NCBI GenBank assembly: GCA_009693575.1
Contig: SHWZ01000001.1
Location: forward strand, 26,095-90,094
Direction of reading: 5' to 3'
Origin: Flavobacteriaceae bacterium
Lineage (GTDB): Bacteria > Bacteroidota > Bacteroidia > UKL13-3
DNA: 64,000 nucleotides
This document shows positions 8,762 through 17,999 of the stretch, piece after piece. Both the position numbers and the translations under genes were made by a program. Numbering within the stretch: position 1 is the stretch's first letter; the number at the start of each line of letters is the position of its first letter. The notes beneath the pieces were generated by a model. The model searched no databases, was not told the DNA's origin, and saw nothing but the letters and a program-made list of their open reading frames with translations.

Positions 8762-10630
8762 ATGTCAGAACTATTACAACTATTTATTTGGATTCCATTT
8801 GTTGGGTTACTTGTTGGCTTTTTTGTTCCAAGCAAAAACGAACGAATTATTTCGGGTATTGCTATTGCAAACTTGAGTGTTTATTTATTAGGCTTGGTTG
8901 CATTTCTTGTTTATTGGACCCTGAACGACTTCCCGGTTCTCGACAGAAAACATATTGTGCTCTTTGAAACCGACAATATGGCGTTTTTCATTGATTATTA
9001 CTTCGACAAGTTGACCGCTGTATTTTCTGTGGTTGGTGCTTTCGTCGCTTTATTGGTAAACATCTTTAGCCGCTACTATATTCACCGCGACGAAGGCTTC
9101 AAACGGTTTTTTAGCACCATAATGCTTTTCTTCCTGGGCTATAATATTATGGTTTTTTCCGGCAATTTTGAAACATTCTTTGTCGGCTGGGAAATATTGG
9201 GAATATGTTCTTTCTTGCTCATTGCCTTTTACAGGGACAGGTATTTGCCTGTAAAAAACAGCCTGAAAGTTATATCCATTTATCGTGTTGGTGATATATG
9301 CCTCATGCTTGCCATGTGGATGAGCCACCACCTTTGGCACCAAAACATCACCTTCCTGAAACTGAACGATGCGAACTTGGTTACGGAACATTTGCAAGCC
9401 AATGGCGGGTATCCTGTATTCATAGCTGCAATGTTTCTGATAGCCGCTGCTGTCAAGTCTGCACAGTTGCCTTTCTCAAGTTGGCTGCCCCGTGCCATGG
9501 AAGGTCCAACTACCTCCAGTGCTATATTTTACGGTTCACTTTCTGTACATCTAGGTGTCTTCCTTTTGCTGCGAACCTATCCTTATTGGGAAAGCATGGC
9601 AGCAATTAAGACTTCCGTCATTGTTCTCGGAATTGTTACAAGCCTTGTCGCCAATGGTATTGCAAGGGTTCAGTCGTCAGTGAAGGTACAGATTGCCTAT
9701 TCGTCCATAGCCCAAATAGGGCTGATGTTCATAGAAGTTGGATTGGATTTTCATATACTTGCCTTGGTGCATTTTGCTGGCAATGCTTTCCTGCGAACCT
9801 ATCAATTGCTGGTATCTCCATCGGTGATGAGCTACCTCATCCATAACATGGTTTTTAATTTTGTTCCGAAGAACCAAAGCAATGTAAACTCCATTTATGG
9901 CAAGTTAAAAAATTCCATATATATGCTTTCCATCAAGGAATGGAACTTGGATTTCTTGCTTCAAAAATTTCTTTGGAATCCATTCAAATGGGCTGGCAGG
10001 CAGTTGAACTTCCTAACTTCAAGAACATTTGCATTCTTGTTTGTTACAATCATTATCGTACTTCTGTATTTTTACTTTAGCCCTGAAATACCAGAAGTAA
10101 TTGTAACATTTTCACCGATGCTTTTCTCTCTATTCGGATTGTTGTTTGTCCTGCGTGCATTTGTAGAAAAAGCGAATGCCTTGACCGCTTGGAGCCTTTT
10201 GCTAGCTGGACAGGTTTGCATTACACTTTCGGTTGCACTACTCAATCCAAAGTTTGGATTAGGTCAAGTTTCCATTTACCTCAGCGGCATCTTACTCTCT
10301 TCGCTTTTGGGCTACTATGTATTGTTAAAAATAAGGAAAGTTGACAACGATATTAGTCTCAATCGCTTTCATGGATATGTATATGAACAACCTAAATTGG
10401 GTTTCTTATTCCTGCTGTCCTGTCTTGGTTTTGTAGCATTGCCACTCACCCCTGCTTTTGTAGGAATTGATATTCTATTCAGTCAAATATTCAAACACGA
10501 AATGGGTATTATTATTTGTACATCATGTAGCTTTTTGGTCATGGAAATATCGGTGCTTCGCATATACGCCCGCATTTTTATGGGGCAAAGCAAACGGACT
10601 GACCATGCGATGGCTTATCGGTCGTCGTAA
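8762..10630 (+). CDS. dabB: DabB, NuoL/MrpA/ND5-like proton-pumping membrane subunit (DAB complex)
   Basis: 622 aa with many TM helices. Complex I antiporter-like (PF00361-type) core reads ...AMEGPTTSSAIFYGSLSVHLGVFLLLR... Immediately downstream of dabA. Confidence 0.8.
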   Translation: MSELLQLFIWIPFVGLLVGFFVPSKNERIISGIAIANLSVYLLGLVAFLVYWTLNDFPVLDRKHIVLFETDNMAFFIDYYFDKLTAVFSVVGAFVALLVNIFSRYYIHRDEGFKRFFSTIMLFFLGYNIMVFSGNFETFFVGWEILGICSFLLIAFYRDRYLPVKNSLKVISIYRVGDICLMLAMWMSHHLWHQNITFLKLNDANLVTEHLQANGGYPVFIAAMFLIAAAVKSAQLPFSSWLPRAMEGPTTSSAIFYGSLSVHLGVFLLLRTYPYWESMAAIKTSVIVLGIVTSLVANGIARVQSSVKVQIAYSSIAQIGLMFIEVGLDFHILALVHFAGNAFLRTYQLLVSPSVMSYLIHNMVFNFVPKNQSNVNSIYGKLKNSIYMLSIKEWNLDFLLQKFLWNPFKWAGRQLNFLTSRTFAFLFVTIIIVLLYFYFSPEIPEVIVTFSPMLFSLFGLLFVLRAFVEKANALTAWSLLLAGQVCITLSVALLNPKFGLGQVSIYLSGILLSSLLGYYVLLKIRKVDNDISLNRFHGYVYEQPKLGFLFLLSCLGFVALPLTPAFVGIDILFSQIFKHEMGIIICTSCSFLVMEISVLRIYARIFMGQSKRTDHAMAYRSS

Positions 10631-10633
10631 GTT

Positions 10634-10930
10634 TTAATCTACTTCTTCCAACCGTTCCATGCTCCAAGCCTCGGCTTTTTTGGCAAAATGAATTTTTGTC
10701 AAAGCCCAGGTTTCTGCAAAAAGCTCAGAGTTACGATAGGCATCCAAGTCTTGCTGGCTTTGCCAATGGCTGTATGTGTAAATGATTTCGGGGCGATCAA
10801 TTTCGTGCAGCAGTTCAAGGTGTGTGCAACCTGAAAAATTGCGGATACGCTGTTTGGAATTATTGAACACTGCCAGAAAATCATTGACACTTTCAGGCTT
10901 GAAAGTCATTTTTACGATTCGGATAAGCAT
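10634..10930 (-). CDS. Antibiotic biosynthesis monooxygenase (ABM)-like small protein
   Basis: 98 aa with ferredoxin-like ABM-domain composition. Convergent with dabB. Confidence 0.45.
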   Translation of the reverse strand: MLIRIVKMTFKPESVNDFLAVFNNSKQRIRNFSGCTHLELLHEIDRPEIIYTYSHWQSQQDLDAYRNSELFAETWALTKIHFAKKAEAWSMERLEEVD

Positions 10931-11099
10931 GAGGCAAAATTACTGTAGGCAATATGGAACCGCCATTGCGAGATTGCACGGAACGTGCAACAAAGCAACC
11001 TCCCAACTCTTGGGAAGAAGTCTTGTCCGCTGAAAGAGAAGATTGTTTCGTTCGTCGAACTGAAGGTAACTTTTCCGTTTGTAAAGCATCTTTGCAGCC

Positions 11100-12455
11100 A
11101 TGCAACAAGAAACAGAGCAAAAACCTGTCGGGTTTTATTCAGCGGCGGCCATTGTGGTGGCCAATATTATTGGGGTGGGCGTGTTCACCAGCCTTGGCTA
11201 TCAAGTGCAGGGCATCCACGATGTTACCGCCTTGATGATGCTGTGGGTGGTGGGCGGCATCATCGCTCTCTGCGGTGCATTGACCTATGGCGAAATTGGG
11301 ACGGTGTTTCCCAAAAGCGGCGGTGAGTACCAATACCTGAGCAAACTCTATCATCCTTTTGTTGGCTTCTTGAGCGGCTGGGTGAGCAGCACTATCGCTT
11401 TTACTGCACCCGTGGCGGCTGCTTCGGTGGCCATGGCTGCTTATTTGCACAAGGTTTTTCCTGCCTGCGACACTCAGCTAACTGCTCTCGCAGTTGTGGC
11501 CGGTATAACCACCATCCACGCCACCACATTGAAAGCTGGTTTCAAATTTCAGAATATTTTCAGCACTGGCAAAGTGATATTGATTATCATCTTTATTATC
11601 TGTGGTTTTTCGATGGGGAAACATACAGACATACATTTTACCTTCAATGAAGATACTTGGAAATATGTATTCAGTGGTGATTTTGCCGAGAGCCTGGTGT
11701 ATGTTGCCTACGCATACAGCGGCTGGAATGCTGCAGCCTACTTAGCTGGTGAAATTCGCAATCCCCGCCGCAATTTGCCCATGGCTTTGGTGGGTGGCAC
11801 CATGTTGGTGATGTTCCTTTATTTTTTGATTAACTATGTTTTCCTTTCCACCATCCCTATTGATACCCTTGCGGCAGAGCAGGCTAAGGATTTCAGCAAG
11901 CCAGTAGAGGTAGGCTATTTTTCGGCTGATTATATCTTTGGACAAGGTGGTGCTAACACCATGGCATTGATTATTTCTGTTTTACTTATCAGCACCATCT
12001 CAGCCATGATTATAGCGGGGCCACGTGTATTGGCAGCCATGGGCGAGGATATTAAAGTGCTTAGTTTCTTCTCTCAAAAAACAAAAAAGGGTATACCCGC
12101 CCGTGCGGTCATTGGTCAAAGTTTGGTTTCCGTAATTCTCATTCTCACCGCTTCCTTCGACCAGTTATTGATATATGTTGGCTTCACACTCCAGTTGTTT
12201 AGTTTCCTCACAGTCATGGGTATTTTCATTGTCCGCTACCGCAAACTGAAAGGGCCACAGGGGGCTTACCGCACGTTTGGCTACCCCATTACCCCTATCA
12301 TTTTTCTGTTGCTAAGCGGTTGGAGTCTCTGGTTTATTGCAGATAAAAAGCCAACGGAATCTTTGTATGGCTTGGCCACCGTAGGCATTGGTGCATTGGT
12401 GTGGTTACTCAACAAAAAAATTAGCAAAGAAGAACAATCAACTGCCAGTAATTGA
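11100..12455 (+). CDS. APC superfamily amino acid permease
   Basis: 451 aa, 12 predicted TM helices. N-terminal region FYSAAAIVVANIIGVGVFTSLG is typical of APC transporters. Confidence 0.8.
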   Translation: MQQETEQKPVGFYSAAAIVVANIIGVGVFTSLGYQVQGIHDVTALMMLWVVGGIIALCGALTYGEIGTVFPKSGGEYQYLSKLYHPFVGFLSGWVSSTIAFTAPVAAASVAMAAYLHKVFPACDTQLTALAVVAGITTIHATTLKAGFKFQNIFSTGKVILIIIFIICGFSMGKHTDIHFTFNEDTWKYVFSGDFAESLVYVAYAYSGWNAAAYLAGEIRNPRRNLPMALVGGTMLVMFLYFLINYVFLSTIPIDTLAAEQAKDFSKPVEVGYFSADYIFGQGGANTMALIISVLLISTISAMIIAGPRVLAAMGEDIKVLSFFSQKTKKGIPARAVIGQSLVSVILILTASFDQLLIYVGFTLQLFSFLTVMGIFIVRYRKLKGPQGAYRTFGYPITPIIFLLLSGWSLWFIADKKPTESLYGLATVGIGALVWLLNKKISKEEQSTASN

Positions 12456-12465
12456 ACCGAGCCAC

Positions 12466-12957
12466 TTACTTTTTCCAAATAATTGCAGAATAGCTTGTAT
12501 CAGACGAATTCTCCCCAATTTGGGTAACACTGAAACTGTAATGAAGGTGGTAAAATTTGTTTTCAAACGCTAATAAATCTTCTAGATTCTCTTCAGTTGT
12601 ATTCTGTTTTTTCTCAGGCACAAAGGCCAGCTTTAACATTTCGAATCTGTACATATCCTTCAGGTTTTTAGTAGTGGAATAAACCACCAGTGGCTTACCA
12701 TCAGCATAGTCTTTTAAGGTGATAGAACCAACAGTGCTTTTATTCTTATTCGTATAAATGTAGCTGGTAAAAGTTGTGTAGTTATCGTTCTCATTTTTGC
12801 TGTCAACTGTATATCCTAAGGTTTTCATCTTGGAGTCAAATCCCACATAGCCACTGCTGTTTGCCAACAAGGTAAGTTGTTGCAAGCGTAGGTGCTCAGG
12901 CGAAATGTACCTAAAACCTAAACAAGTCAACAACAAAAGGATAAATGTGTATTTCAA
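12466..12957 (-). CDS. Hypothetical lipoprotein/secreted protein
   Basis: Probable TTG start gives MKYTFILLLLTCLGF, a signal peptide with a lipobox-like LTC. The tool ORF extends to 13038, but that extension lacks signal-peptide logic. No recognisable domain. Confidence 0.35.
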   Translation of the reverse strand: MKYTFILLLLTCLGFRYISPEHLRLQQLTLLANSSGYVGFDSKMKTLGYTVDSKNENDNYTTFTSYIYTNKNKSTVGSITLKDYADGKPLVVYSTTKNLKDMYRFEMLKLAFVPEKKQNTTEENLEDLLAFENKFYHLHYSFSVTQIGENSSDTSYSAIIWKK

Positions 12958-13063
12958 AACGAGGCTAAGTTGCAAAATTAAGGTTTGGATAAATAAGGAA
13001 AATAGAGAGTGCCGAGATAAGAAATGAGCAATCACCATAGATTATCATTAGTTTTGCCAGCAA

Positions 13064-13463
13064 AAGGCAAACCGACTTGTCGCTCCTTTAGCAATAAGGG
13101 TGAGGAAAGTCCGGGCAACACAGGGCACCGCCCTTCCTAACGGGAAGGAACTTGGCTGTAATGGCTGGGTTACAGATAGTGTCACAGAAAACAAACCGCC
13201 TTTTTGCTGTCCTTCGGCTTCGCTCAGGATGACAAAAAGGTAAGGGTGAAAAGGCGGGGTAAGAGCCCACCGCATTCCGTGTGAGCGGGATGGCACGATA
13301 AACCTGGCGGGTTGCAAGGCCAAATAAGCAAGGGAACGAGGGCTGCCCGCCCGAGTAGCTCTCCGGAGCAATGCCTTTGTGGGTAGGCTGCATGAGCCAC
13401 TGCGTGAGCAATGGCCCAGATAAATGACAGGATAAAACAGAACCCGGCTTATGGGTTTGCCTT
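13064..13463 (+). ncRNA. rnpB: RNase P RNA (bacterial type A), rnpB
   Basis: Conserved P4 strand GAGGAAAGTCCGGGC. Also GGTAAGGGTGAAAAGGCGGGGTAAGAGCCCACC, the AGGGAA...GGCTG region, and ACAGAACCCGGCTTA at the 3' end. The 5' aaggcaaacc pairs with the 3' gggtttgcc (P1). Overlapped only by two implausible minus-strand ORFs. Confidence 0.85.
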
Positions 13464-13467
13464 TTTT

Positions 13468-13875
13468 TTACATCCCCGCCAAAGCCATGATACAATCAAA
13501 CTCCACTGGCTTCACCGTCTGAACACTCAGTCTTCCCAACCTTACCAAGTCCATGTTTTGCAATTTTTTGTCGGCCTTCACGGTGGCAAGTGATACAGTT
13601 TTTTTCAACGCTTTGAAAGGAGAGAGGTCCACCACCAGCCATGCCGTTTCTTCGGTGGTTGGGTCTTGGTAGGCTTCTTTCACCACCTTGGCTATGCCAA
13701 CAATCTCCAGCCCTTCGTTGCTGTGGTACCACAAAACAAGGTCACCCTTTTTCATGTCACGCAGGTTGTTTCGGGCAGCATAGTTGCGAACGCCATCCCA
13801 CATCGTTTTTTTGTCTTTTTGAAATTGCTCCCAACTGTATTTGTGGGGTTCTGATTTTACGAGCCAGTAGTTCAT
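13468..13875 (-). CDS. EVE (PUA-like) domain protein
   Basis: 135 aa. MNYWLVKSEPHKYSWEQF...WDGVRNYAARNNLRDMKKGDLVLWYHS matches the EVE/DUF55 fold signature. Abuts the rnpB 3' end. Confidence 0.7.
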   Translation of the reverse strand: MNYWLVKSEPHKYSWEQFQKDKKTMWDGVRNYAARNNLRDMKKGDLVLWYHSNEGLEIVGIAKVVKEAYQDPTTEETAWLVVDLSPFKALKKTVSLATVKADKKLQNMDLVRLGRLSVQTVKPVEFDCIMALAGM

Positions 13876-13965
13876 GGGTGAAGTACGATTTTGGAGTTAC
13901 GAGGTACGATTTTGAGAGATAGAAGTTGGAAGAGGGGAGATGGAAGAATGGTTCAAATTTCTATT

Positions 13966-14859
13966 TTATAATTGACTCCTTAGTATAGCCAGTCCTTCTT
14001 CAAAACTATGTGGTTCATAGCCGAAAGAAGCCTTTGCTTTGTCTATATTGAATCCTGTAATTGGCGGGCGTTTGGCGGGTTGTTTTATATCGGCTGATTT
14101 GGCACGTTTCACCAGCGATTTATCAAGCCCCCAGTGGTCGGCCACCCGGTAAACCAAGTCGATGATGCTCATAAAATCTTTGCCTGAAATGTTATAAATG
14201 CCTTCGGCCATGCTTGTAGCACACTGAAAGCAGCCCATGGCCAAGTCCTCTGCCAAGGTAGGGGTGCGAAACTGGTCGTCAACCACGTTGATAGTCTCTC
14301 CTTTTTCCAAGGCACCCTTTGCCCAAAGCACCACATTGCTGCGGCTCATGTTCAGGGTTATCCCATAAACCAATACGGTACGGAGAATGCTCCAACGTTG
14401 AGCTGTCAGCATCACCGCCTGTTCGCCTTTCAGCTTGCCAAGGGCATAGTAGCTGAGTGGGTTTGGCCGCTCGTCCTCTTTCAGCGGGCCATGTGTGCCA
14501 TCAAAAATAAAATCGGTAGAGATATGTATAAGGTGAGCACCCACATTGTTGGCCGCACGAGCAAGGTATCCGGGGGATAGGGTATTCATCAGGTCTGCAG
14601 ATTCTTTCTCGGTTTCGCAGGCATCCACATTGGTCATGGCGGCGGTGTTGATGATGCAATGTGGCCTATGCCTTGCCACTGTGTCGAGCACCTCCTCTAG
14701 GCTGGTCACATCCATGCTTTCATAAAAATAACCAAACTGATTTGGATAGCGGTCTTCGCCTTTTCCAGTGGCTATCAGTTCGTGTTCAGGATGTTTGAGC
14801 AGCAGGTCGGTGAGCTTTTGGCCAGTGAGTCCGTTGCTTCCGGTTACCAATATTTTCAT
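13966..14859 (-). CDS. rfbD: dTDP-4-dehydrorhamnose reductase-like NAD(P)-dependent sugar reductase (RmlD family)
   Basis: True start likely MKILVTGSNGLTGQKL (Rossmann GxxGxxG) at 14859; the tool ORF begins 28 codons upstream. RmlD-like length and motifs. Confidence 0.7.
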   Translation of the reverse strand: MKILVTGSNGLTGQKLTDLLLKHPEHELIATGKGEDRYPNQFGYFYESMDVTSLEEVLDTVARHRPHCIINTAAMTNVDACETEKESADLMNTLSPGYLARAANNVGAHLIHISTDFIFDGTHGPLKEDERPNPLSYYALGKLKGEQAVMLTAQRWSILRTVLVYGITLNMSRSNVVLWAKGALEKGETINVVDDQFRTPTLAEDLAMGCFQCATSMAEGIYNISGKDFMSIIDLVYRVADHWGLDKSLVKRAKSADIKQPAKRPPITGFNIDKAKASFGYEPHSFEEGLAILRSQL

Positions 14860-14894
14860 GGGGCGAAAATAGGGTAGGAGGGAAGCTGTATTTT

Positions 14895-15731
14895 TTGGTT
14901 TCTGTCCAATTAATGCCAAGCCCCTATTTTCGCAGGGTGACACCCCGGCTCACCATCATCACTGTAACCCTGAATGCTGAAAAGTATATTGGGGAAACCA
15001 TGGAAAGTGTGCTTGCCCAGTCTTTCACCGACTACGAACACCTAGTGTTTGATGGGGTTTCAAAAGACAAAACCTTGGAGATAGCCGCTGCTTTTCCGCA
15101 GGATAGAGTCACGATTGTGAGCCGCAAGGACAAAGGCATTTATGATGCCATGAACCAAGCCATTGCCGAAGCCAAGGGTGAGTGGCTCTATTTTCTGAAT
15201 GCGGGCGACACTCTACATGGAACGGATATTTTGGCTAAAATTTTTAACAATGAAACCAATTGCGAAGCCGACCTGCTGAGTGGATTTGTGAAAACAAAAA
15301 ACGACCCAACGGGTGTGAGCCTTCTTTCAGGCAAACCATTGTCGCTGCAAAGTTTTTACCACCAGATTCCTGTCAGCCACCAAGGGGCTTTTATCAAACG
15401 AAAACTGTTTGCCGAACTTGGCAACTACGATACTTTTTATACCGTGGTGGCCGATCAGCAATGGTTTGTACGTTTTTTCAAAGCTGGCAGCTACAAATAT
15501 ATTTTCACAGGTGAGATATTTGCCGACTACGAAACGGTGGGCTACAGTTTCAACAACAGGCTGAAGGGCTTGAGGCAAATGCTGCATTACTCCAAAAAGT
15601 ATTTTCCGCTGAATGTCACATTAATCAACTACCTCCGCTACCCTGTGATGGTGCTTAAATCCAAAACCATAAAGGCATTGCAGGGCAGTAAACTTTACAC
15701 CAACTATCGCCAAATGCGGTACAAAAAATAA
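14895..15731 (+). CDS. Glycosyltransferase family 2
   Basis: LTIITVTLNAEKYIGETMESVLAQSFTDYEHLVFDGVSKD is a GT2 N-terminal motif, with DxD-like LNAGD. Exact start uncertain (alternative M at 14913). Confidence 0.75.
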   Translation: MVSVQLMPSPYFRRVTPRLTIITVTLNAEKYIGETMESVLAQSFTDYEHLVFDGVSKDKTLEIAAAFPQDRVTIVSRKDKGIYDAMNQAIAEAKGEWLYFLNAGDTLHGTDILAKIFNNETNCEADLLSGFVKTKNDPTGVSLLSGKPLSLQSFYHQIPVSHQGAFIKRKLFAELGNYDTFYTVVADQQWFVRFFKAGSYKYIFTGEIFADYETVGYSFNNRLKGLRQMLHYSKKYFPLNVTLINYLRYPVMVLKSKTIKALQGSKLYTNYRQMRYKK

Positions 15732-15736
15732 AGGCC

Positions 15737-16276
15737 ATGAAGAAAACCATTGTAAACGGGCAGGAGTTCAAATGCTATATAACACATTCGAAGATAAAAA
15801 AGCGGGTGGTGGAACTGGCCAAGGCCATAAACAAAGAGTACGAAGGCCGCACACCGCTGTTTATCCCTGTGCTCAATGGCTCTTTCATGTTTGCCAGCGA
15901 CCTGCTTAAAAATGTGAGCATACAAAGCAACGTGTCTTTCATAAAAATACAGAGCTACGATGGAATGAAATCAAGCGGAAAGACCAAGGAATTGATAGGA
16001 CTTGACCACAGCATCGAAGGCCGCGACATCATCATTGTGGAAGACATTATTGATACCGGCCTCACCATGGAGCAACTGCTAAAAGCGGTAAACAAACTGA
16101 AGCCCGCCTCGGTGAAAGTAGCTACTTTGCTTTTCAAGCGTGAATGCCTTCAAAAGCCAATAGAGCCTGACTATGTAGGCTTTGAAATACCAGGTCGTTT
16201 CGTGGTTGGCTACGGTCTCGACTTTGATGGCTATGGCCGCAACCTGAAACATATCTACAAGGCAGTGCTGGAGTGA
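15737..16276 (+). CDS. hpt: Hypoxanthine phosphoribosyltransferase
   Basis: 179 aa. PRPP-binding motif IIIVEDIIDTGLTM. Typical HPRT length and layout. Confidence 0.85.
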   Translation: MKKTIVNGQEFKCYITHSKIKKRVVELAKAINKEYEGRTPLFIPVLNGSFMFASDLLKNVSIQSNVSFIKIQSYDGMKSSGKTKELIGLDHSIEGRDIIIVEDIIDTGLTMEQLLKAVNKLKPASVKVATLLFKRECLQKPIEPDYVGFEIPGRFVVGYGLDFDGYGRNLKHIYKAVLE

Positions 16277-16356
16277 TTTTTTTTGGTCAACTAAAGCTAA
16301 TATTCAGCTTATAATTAAGTCCCATCAGGATCTCACTTAAGTAGTAAATTTGCACT

Positions 16357-17892
16357 ATGAAAAAACGCCAATCAAAGCGTCCAGTTATCATTCAACGCAC
16401 GGCTACGCCCGAAGATTTTGCGGCCATCATCAAGCTGTCGGTGATATGTTTCAGGGACAACGACCCCTGGACTCGAGATATGCTGGAAAGCCAGTACAAA
16501 ATTTTCCCAGAAGGGATGCAATTGGTTGAGTTTGAGGGAATAATTGTTGGCTCTGCCACAAGTCTTATCATCAACCAAGACGATTACGACGACGACCATA
16601 CTTGGAGCGAGATATGCGACAAAGGATATATTACAAACCACAATGATGACGGCGACACCTTGTATGGCATTGAAGCTATGGTTCACCCGGAATACCAAGG
16701 GTTGAAAATTGGCCGAAGGATATATGAACTCCGTCGTGAATTGTGCATTGAAAAAAACTTAAAACAAATACTGATTGGTGGTCGCCTACCCAACTATCAC
16801 TTGCATTCGCATAAGTTCGGTATCAAGGCTTTTGTGAAACGGGTGGTGGAGAAAAAGATTAAAGACCCTGTGCTGACGTTTCAGCTTTCACAAGGCTTTG
16901 CCATTAGACGCATCATCAAAGACTACCTGCCATTTGATATAGAAAGCGAAGGATATGCCTGCCTGCTGGAATGGAACAACATTGACTACATACCCGAAAG
17001 CAAAAGCGAACGGACGGTGATGATGCGGAAGGTGCGGGTATGTGCCATCCAATATGAGCTTCGCAAAATAAATACCTTTGAGGAATTTGCTCAGCAATGC
17101 GAATACTTCACCGATGTGGCCAGTAATTACAAATCGGACTTTGCCCTTTTTCCGGAACTGTTCTCTACACAATTGCTGTCGCTGATTGACTATCGAGGTA
17201 TGAGTCCCGAAGACAGTATACGCAAAATGGACGAATACACGGAGGATTTTCTTAAACTTTTCACTCGCCTTTCGCTTGAATACAATATAAACATCATAGC
17301 TGGAACCCACCTGCAATTGGAGGGCGACGACCTGTATAATGTGGCCTATCTATTTAAACGTGACGGGACACAAGAGCGGCAGTACAAACTACACATCACA
17401 GGAAACGAACAAAAATGGTGGGGAGTAAAACCCGGTTGGGAAATGAATGTTTTCAATACCGATTGCGGCAAGATTGCCATCAATATTTGCTACGATGTAG
17501 AGTTTCCTGAACTGGCCCGCATAGCTTGTCAGAAAGGAGCTAAGCTGCTGTTCGTACCATTCAGTACAGATGAAAAGCATGGCTTTCTGCGTGTCAAATT
17601 ATGCAGTCAAGCCCGTGCCATTGAAAATCAGATATATGTGGTTACAGCTGGTACCATAGGCAATATTCCTTCGGTTGACAACATGGATATCAACTATGCC
17701 CAGTCAGGTATTTATACACCTAGTGACTTTAGCTTTCCGCCTGATGCTGTGGCTGGGGAATGCAGCACAAATATTGAAACCGTTGTTATAGCCGACCTTG
17801 ACCTTGCAGCACTTGAACGTATCCGCAACACGGGCACTGTGCTTAATTGGAAAGACAGAAGGTTAGATTTGTATGAAGTGAGGGAGTTATAA
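16357..17892 (+). CDS. Bifunctional GNAT N-acetyltransferase / carbon-nitrogen hydrolase (nitrilase superfamily) protein
   Basis: N-terminal GNAT motif region GIEAMVHPEYQGLKIGRRIYELRREL. C-terminal CN-hydrolase region with ALFPELF (E), K, and catalytic Cys in NICYDVEFPE. Confidence 0.8.
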   Translation: MKKRQSKRPVIIQRTATPEDFAAIIKLSVICFRDNDPWTRDMLESQYKIFPEGMQLVEFEGIIVGSATSLIINQDDYDDDHTWSEICDKGYITNHNDDGDTLYGIEAMVHPEYQGLKIGRRIYELRRELCIEKNLKQILIGGRLPNYHLHSHKFGIKAFVKRVVEKKIKDPVLTFQLSQGFAIRRIIKDYLPFDIESEGYACLLEWNNIDYIPESKSERTVMMRKVRVCAIQYELRKINTFEEFAQQCEYFTDVASNYKSDFALFPELFSTQLLSLIDYRGMSPEDSIRKMDEYTEDFLKLFTRLSLEYNINIIAGTHLQLEGDDLYNVAYLFKRDGTQERQYKLHITGNEQKWWGVKPGWEMNVFNTDCGKIAINICYDVEFPELARIACQKGAKLLFVPFSTDEKHGFLRVKLCSQARAIENQIYVVTAGTIGNIPSVDNMDINYAQSGIYTPSDFSFPPDAVAGECSTNIETVVIADLDLAALERIRNTGTVLNWKDRRLDLYEVREL

Positions 17893-17999
17893 ATGAGTAG
17901 ATGGTAAATTGGGTATATTAAGTAACATAGGTATTTTTTTTAGAAGAAAGTGCCGAGCTATTTTATATTATTTACCCCTTTATCCAATTCACTTGAAAT

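Noticed and set aside
13048-13495. Two overlapping minus-strand ORFs (107 and 135 aa)
   Set aside because: They lie entirely within the RNase P RNA gene, and their sequences are the reverse-complement translation of a structured RNA.
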